DNA of 60,451 bases, counting the filler, from Jimgerdemannia flammicorona (Eukaryota): the NCBI GenBank assembly GCA_003990765.1. It is 3 parts of 3 records of this genome, joined end to end, with 100 filler letters (N's around TTAATTAATTAA, not from the genome) between each part and the next. Parts side by side here need not be neighbours in the genome. Positions count along the whole stretch, not along the records: positions 40,371 to 60,451 come from RBNJ01001767.1; 2 more parts are not named here. One strand, given 5' to 3'. Each line of letters starts with the position of its first letter. Within the stretch, counting starts at the first letter, position 1. Positions 54,530 to 60,451 of the stretch are shown here, piece by piece. The position numbers and the translations under genes were made by a program. Under the pieces are notes generated by a model. The model saw only the letters and a list, made by a program, of their open reading frames with translations. It had not been told where the DNA came from and did no database searches.

Positions 54530-54995
54530 TGTGGTGAATTTGTATAATCTTCAAAATTTGAAACACCTACTAACTTTACTTTTGACTAGTTCCTTATACT
54601 GATCTTGATTGCTATAAACCAACTGATGAGCTCCTTAAGCAAGAGCAAAACCAGTTATTTCACAAATGTTGAGATTTAATAAATATTGAATTTTGATAAT
54701 TGTTGATATCAAGGATCCATATTTATAAAAAGTAACTTACAGGAAATATAGTCATAACTTAGCTACTTTATAGTTTACAAAATTGTATAAATATCCCCAA
54801 TATCTAGAGTAAATAAATCTCAAATCAAAATAGTTCAAAATAAAGAAAAAGTAAGAGAACTAGTAAGCCTGCAGGCAGATACACTTTTAACTCACACCTC
54901 TGTACCCTGAGGACTCTGTAAGAATCAGAACAAGATCAAGTTTCAAGATACAGAAATCTGCCATACTTCTGAGATTAGGAATTTGCTACATTATA
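54530..54995 (+). repeat. Solo LTR related to family B (same R/U5, different U3)
   Basis: 54755-54995 aligns with the 3' half of the family B LTR (TATAAAT, AATAAA, TAGTAAGCCTG, CAAGATACAGAAATC); left boundary tentative. Confidence 0.7.
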
Positions 54996-55407
54996 CTAAA
55001 TATCACTATTATTTTTAAAGCTCTCACTACTATATTTAAAACTCTTTATTTAGTTTATATATTAGCTAATTATATTCAAAACTAAGTAATAAGTAAAATA
55101 TATAAATGAGCTATCTAAGCTACTATTTTTTAACCAAAAAATAAATTATATCTGATGTTCAAACTTATATCAAATTTCTTTAAAAATATCAATAATACAA
55201 TTAATAAGGTTTTATTTTATTAAATAATAATATTATTAAAATAGATAATAATTATAAAAAATATAAAAAAAAAAAACTAATTATAATCAAAATATTTATC
55301 TCAGCTATATATATCTAAATTTAAGCTATTATCTCCTTAGCTGTTATCTCTCTATTACTATTCTGATCACTATTAGTCTGATAACTATTATTATTAGCCT
55401 AGCTACT

Positions 55408-55718
55408 TAGTATTCTCAAATGAATCAAATTGAGAGTCATAAGAGATTTTTCAATTTGAATAAATTTCAAATTGAATTAAATTCAATCAAATCAAGAGTC
55501 TGATTCAAACTCTATTTTTAGAAATATAATAACTTAATAAAAACATATCCAAATTTAATAACCTTTAGCTTATTAGATTTGTCTTATATAGGAGAATCTA
55601 ATAAACTAAATACTGTTAAATTTTAATATATATTAATTAGTTATTATATTTCAAAAAATAGTTTTTATATCAAATTCCAAATTAAATTAACATTTGATTT
55701 AATTTATTAAAAGCAATA
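55408..55718. mobile_element. Putative hAT-derived MITE
   Basis: Starts TAGTATTCTC, like TAGTGCTCCC at 59648, and shares AATTGAAT/ATTCAA subterminal repeats and an internal block with 59650-59900; imperfect 8-bp flanks. Confidence 0.45.
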
Positions 55719-55729
55719 TAGCTTATACT

Positions 55730-56830
55730 TATTACAGAGTAGTAGAAGAGAGGTAATAGTGATGAGTTGTCTCTTTATTAATATCAGATTAATACTTTCT
55801 CACTTTTTTATAGTTTCTGATATCTCTGGCTATATCTGAGATATATCTATTTTAGTATAGCACCTTCTTTCTTTTGCTATTATTAATAAGATATCATTAT
55901 AGTATATTATTGACTATATAAAAAGTTGGTCAACCTTGGGTGTTAAGTGTTAGTATAAATTACTTTCAGGTTTTTAGTATCTATAATGGAGTCTTCTGAG
56001 CTTTAGCAAGCTTTCCAGTAAGTATAGTTCTGATGTAGATAATTGTTTTTGAGAGTAGAGTTAGATTGAAAGAAAAAATGACTATTACTAATAAGAGAAA
56101 GAATAATAATAGTAAACTAGTTGGGTGCTAGACTAGAGATAGTTATTAGGGTCGAGATGAGTATTATCTCAGTGAGACCTTTTAATTGGCTGACAGAGAG
56201 TAGAGTGATACAGTAGCTAGTATTCTTATTATACTCAACTAGAACTAAGAGTAGACATGACAATGTAATCAAGGCCTGCAGGCTTAGAGAGTAAGATCTT
56301 TCTTATCTAGATAGTATCTGACTAGAACTGAGAGCTGATATAATAATATAATTGAGGCCTATAGACTCAGAGAGTAGATTGGAGTCTTTTTAGGCCTTAG
56401 CTCATATATTAGTCCTTTTGAAGAGATCTTACTATAAGTTCTTTATAAATCTATTTTACTTCTTATTGGTTAGTTAGAGAGTTTTTCTTTTATCTCTGAC
56501 TTTTATTTGAGGTCAGAGAGATTATATTATTCAGTCTTAGTATTACTAGATCTGATATATAAGTATGCTCTTATGGTCCTGGTCTAATGATCCAGCTCTA
56601 GTAAATAGATAAGTTTAGTATATATAGTAGAAGTTAATATATCTGATATGTATAGCTGAGATAATAGAACTACAAGTTCTCTCTATAGCCTAAGAACAAT
56701 AGAAGAATAGTACTTGAGAAGAGATGGAAGAGTTTTAGTCTATATAGTCTAGGTTTCCTTCTAATAAAAATTTGCAGAGACTTGATCTTATTAAATAAAA
56801 TAAAAAAATAAAAAAAAAAATAAAAAAAAT
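55730..56830 (+). mobile_element. Hypermutated copy of the poly(A) retroelement at 36586-37799
   Basis: Colinear from GTGATGAGTTG to AATAAAAAT with an A-rich tail at ~56795-56830. Confidence 0.85.
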
Positions 56831-57102
56831 AGCTATTTAGTTAATTATTACTTTAAAGTAAAAAGATCATCTCTATATAAGTTATTTCAATTATAGATAA
56901 TATATATAGTAAAACTTATCTCATTTTTCTCAAGATCTATTAATATTTAAATCTATATTTCTCTAAAAAGAGACTATATAATAACTCTTATTAATAGAGA
57001 GATATTCTTCTTTGGAGTTAGGGGGAATATCATATTTCTCTTACTGAGTGGGTGTCAATTCTAAATATCTATTAAATACTGAAGCTCTAATATCTAATAT
57101 AT

Positions 57103-59303
57103 TGTTGCGTTAGTTATGTATAATGAACTTTGACTACACAGCTCAATGTGCCACTTGGTGAAGTGTGCAATGTATAACTAAAGGCATTTGGTGATGTTCG
57201 CGGGTTGATGGTCATGTGATAGGTCGTTTGATTCATGCGATAATAGCGGGAAAACAGAGGTTGATGGCTCACTCATCTGTCTTGACTTGTTAGGTTGAAA
57301 GGTTCCTGGCAGTGCTGGCTTTCCTAAGCTAAGTATTCTTGGGTTCCTTGGTTTTCCGGGTCTTGAATCTCGAATGCATGGTCCGAATGGCAGTCCGAAT
57401 GGCGGTCTGGTCTTGAATCCTTGGCTGGGTCTTGGGTCTCGAATGGCAGTCTGAATGGCAGTCCAAATGGTGGTCTGGTCTTGAATCCTTGGCTGGGTCT
57501 CGGGTCTCGAATGGCGGTGGTTGGGTAATGTTCTCTTTCCATGGCAAGAGAAAATTCTTTAACTCAAACTTCCGAGCGATCCATTGCTCTAGGTTGTTAT
57601 CTTGTTCTCAGAATTTATCCGGTCTCTTGGAGGCAGTGAGGTTTCTTGGTAATCCTTTTTACTTTTAAACACAAACTGGCTGAGATTTATTCACTCTAAG
57701 AATATGGGTTATTTATACAAGTTTGCTAGCTATGGGAGAGGGGGCACGACTAAGGCTAAGGTATACTACATTGTGGCGAACTTATGCTATTGGTTTGCAT
57801 GATGTGAGGTGTAGGCTATTGTTTACTATGGATTGGGTTGTAGGGGATAGCAATGCTAGATTCGGACTTGCTGACAAAACGCTGAAAATGGCGGCACTGG
57901 ATAGCAATGCTGAAAACGGTTGTGCTGGGTAGCAACGCTGAATTCGGATGAGCTGACATGATACAATGATTGTTGCCAGAAACAGTTGTGGAGGGTGGCA
58001 ACGCTGAATTCGGATCTGCTGACAAAATGCTGAAAATAGTGGTACTGGGTAGCAACACTGGAAACGGACTTGTTGACAAAAGCTGGGTTCTCATGGCTGA
58101 TGGGCGGTACTCTAGAGAAAATAGTACCCTTCGTCCGTGGCAGGCAAATCTTGCTGGGTTGTGATTTCTTCTTCATCATATCTCTCCTCAAAGAGGGGAA
58201 GCGCCGGCCAAGAGATGAGAGGGTAGAAAGTGGCCAGTCATCTTCAACAACATTCTCCAACCCTTGAACAGCTTGAATGCGGACAGAGGACTGGTAGACT
58301 CTCTGTTGCTCCTCTTCTTCTTCTAAAGGCTCGTCAGTTTCAGTGTCAGAGGGGGTTTCTTCAGGGGCAGGATCTTGAAGTTCTTGGGCCTCCTCTTCAA
58401 AGACAGGAACTTCTTGGGCTTCTTCTTGATTCAGTTCCCAAATGATGAGGTGTGAATTGTGGCTGACAGGGTGGTGGGTGGTTGGGGTAGCTCCAACAGA
58501 TATCTCTATAGTAATGGGCAGTCCTTCAAATATCTCCATAAGACTCATTAGGTGACCTTGATGGTTGTCTCGGAGTGGGGTGGTGTGGAAACCTGGCTGA
58601 GTAGGTTCAGTTTGTTGGCTTCCTATGGTGATGCAGTTGCTGCCAATAGCGTTGACCACTTCAGATTCTATTCAGTCAGCATCTTCAGTTGAAAGGCAGG
58701 AGAGGCTGCCAGCTGTTACTCCTTGCAAGTATGCTATAGTCTAGGGAATATGGTGGAAGATTTGATAGATACGGAGGGCTCTCTTGATTAGCCAGCTGGT
58801 GGTTAACATTTTGGCAATGAGGTCTTCCTGGTCACCTTCTTGAGTCTCATTGCGAAGGCAGTGTCCGATTTCATAGTCATGCCAGAGGGTCATTCGTTCG
58901 GTAGTGTCTTTGAGCTGTTGGGTCATTATATACCGGTAGTTGATGAAGTGTCCAAGGTCCTCAGTGTAGAAGTTCAAGTGTTCGGAAGTATCTGGGCGCC
59001 AGATGGCCTTCTTGATAGCTTCAAAGATCAGGGTCTTTGGGCCAGGCAAAGGGGTAGAGCGGCGGGAGGTCTGGTTGGATCAGCAAATGAGAGGCATTGT
59101 GTGGTAGGTCTTGGTTCTTTGGTGCCGATCCCTGAGGTGGAGTATGGTTTCTTAAATAACGTGGTCTTCATTTTGGCTCGGATTATCTTGCCTTCTTTTG
59201 GGATGGTCACCTAATAGGTCAGGCTGTCTATTTGATTGTCATGCCATTATATCATCTGATCTTAGCAGTCACCAGTACTCTGTTTTCAATTGCGTACGTC
59301 ATA
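57103..59303 (-). mobile_element. Solo LTR of Gypsy family A (2201 bp) carrying the accessory ORF
   Basis: End-to-end homology with 2009-4247; ATAT on both flanks (57099-57102, 59304-59307); no pol sequence recognisable adjacent. Confidence 0.87.
57856..59097 (-). pseudogene. LTR-encoded accessory ORF, copy 2
   Basis: ORFs 58741..59049 and 57856..58659 are in one frame and closely match 2215-3027 up to DDWP; this copy reads on into the U3 repeats. Confidence 0.75.
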
Positions 59304-59647
59304 ATATATATTATCTGGATTTTTCTATATAAGTAGTAAAGAGATTATTGAAGATAACTAAGAATTAGATTTGGATAGAAAGAAGCAGTTAGATTGGTTA
59401 GAAGGTTTTGGTGACTCTAGTTGACAAAGAAGACATTAGTCTAGTAGACTTCCTGAAAGACTGTATTGTCTTTAGGCTTAGAACTATTGAGCTATATAGA
59501 GATAGATGAGTATCTTTAATACAGAGAGTCTAGAAGATATAGTTTTCTTCTAGAGAGTCCTTTGGTGATTTTCTATCTATAGTTAGTCTGAAGGGTAGTA
59601 GGTGTCAATAGTTTAAGAAGTTCTAGTAAGGGGTAATAGATAGTACT

Positions 59648-60400
59648 TAGTGCTCCCAAAAAATCAAATTGAATCAAATTGGACCTAAATTTAATTTAAT
59701 TCAAAAACTTTAAATTGAATTGAGATCCAATTCAAATTGAGGTCCAATTTAATTTGATTTGATTTGAATCAAGGTCTAATTTGATTCAAATTTCAATTCA
59801 AATCTAAATTTTTAAAATTCAATAACTTGATGAAAATATTTAAATTTAATGATCTTTGTTATACTGAATTTGCTCTTGACTATAAATTGAATCAAATGAA
59901 ATTAAGTCACAATTCAAATTGAATTCAAAATTTAATTCAAAGTTCAATTCAAAACTAAATATAGTAATTCAAAACTCATATACAATACAACTCACAATAA
60001 CAATATACTCATATATATATAATTAAGTATATCACAATTAAGTATAGATATGTCTTCTATAGTACTACTTATGGTGGATACTATGACAATAGCTTCAGTA
60101 TCAGATATAGCTTCAATAAGTATAGCTATGATAAGTACAGTCTCAATATAATAGTCCAAGAAAGAAAAAGAAAAAGCAAAAAAAAACTCTAGTATTTGGA
60201 AAGAGTTTACAAAAGAATATATAGAGAATAGAGATATTAGAAGAGTTAAATGTAATTACTATAAAATAACATATAAGTTTATTGGTGTCTCTACAATAAA
60301 TCTACAGATACATTTTGACAAATTTTACAAAAGTTATCAAGCAGGAGTAATAGAATCATTTTTCTCAAAAGTATGATTTTTATATTATTTATTTGCTTTT
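59648..60400 (+). mobile_element. hAT-like transposon left end with decayed BED zinc finger
   Basis: Terminus TAGTGCTCCC, subterminal AATTGAATT repeats, then SSIWKEF...VKCNY(Y)K..Y...ST.NL..H at ~60187-60315. Confidence 0.65.
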
Positions 60401-60451
60401 TTTTTTTTTTTTTTTTTATTTATTTCTTTTTGATTTTTTTTTTTTTTTTTA

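Overview
Eukaryotic genomic DNA, most likely from an early-diverging fungus (Mucoromycota-like; this is inference). The window is three separate contigs (1-20086, 20187-40270, 40371-60451) joined by identical artificial 100-nt N44-TTAATTAATTAA-N44 spacers, so adjacency across spacers means nothing. Contig 1 holds the 3' half of a Ty3/Gypsy element (family A, with a 2.2-kb ORF-bearing LTR) and then a compact CpG-rich gene island: a GPR1/FUN34/YaaH transporter, TRF4-like poly(A) polymerase, HUS1, DHFR, VPS25, BMT2 and an EHT1/ABHD-type hydrolase. Contigs 2 and 3 are nested, C>T/G>A-hypermutated transposons: two copies of a dUTPase-encoding Gypsy (family B, one complete with LTRs and TSD), a Copia relic, a chromovirus, a Tc1 DD34E element split by a poly(A) retro-insertion, an L1/Tx1-like LINE, a solo family-A LTR and hAT remnants. 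Best candidate for an undescribed system: a retrovirus-like, multi-cistron Gypsy lineage (families A and B). Its integrase is a separate ORF with a conserved MNxEL start overlapping the RT-RNaseH stop. It also carries a homologous accessory gene, sited before the PPT in B and inside the LTR in A. A second unknown module is fused to the integrase C-terminus of both family A and the chromovirus.
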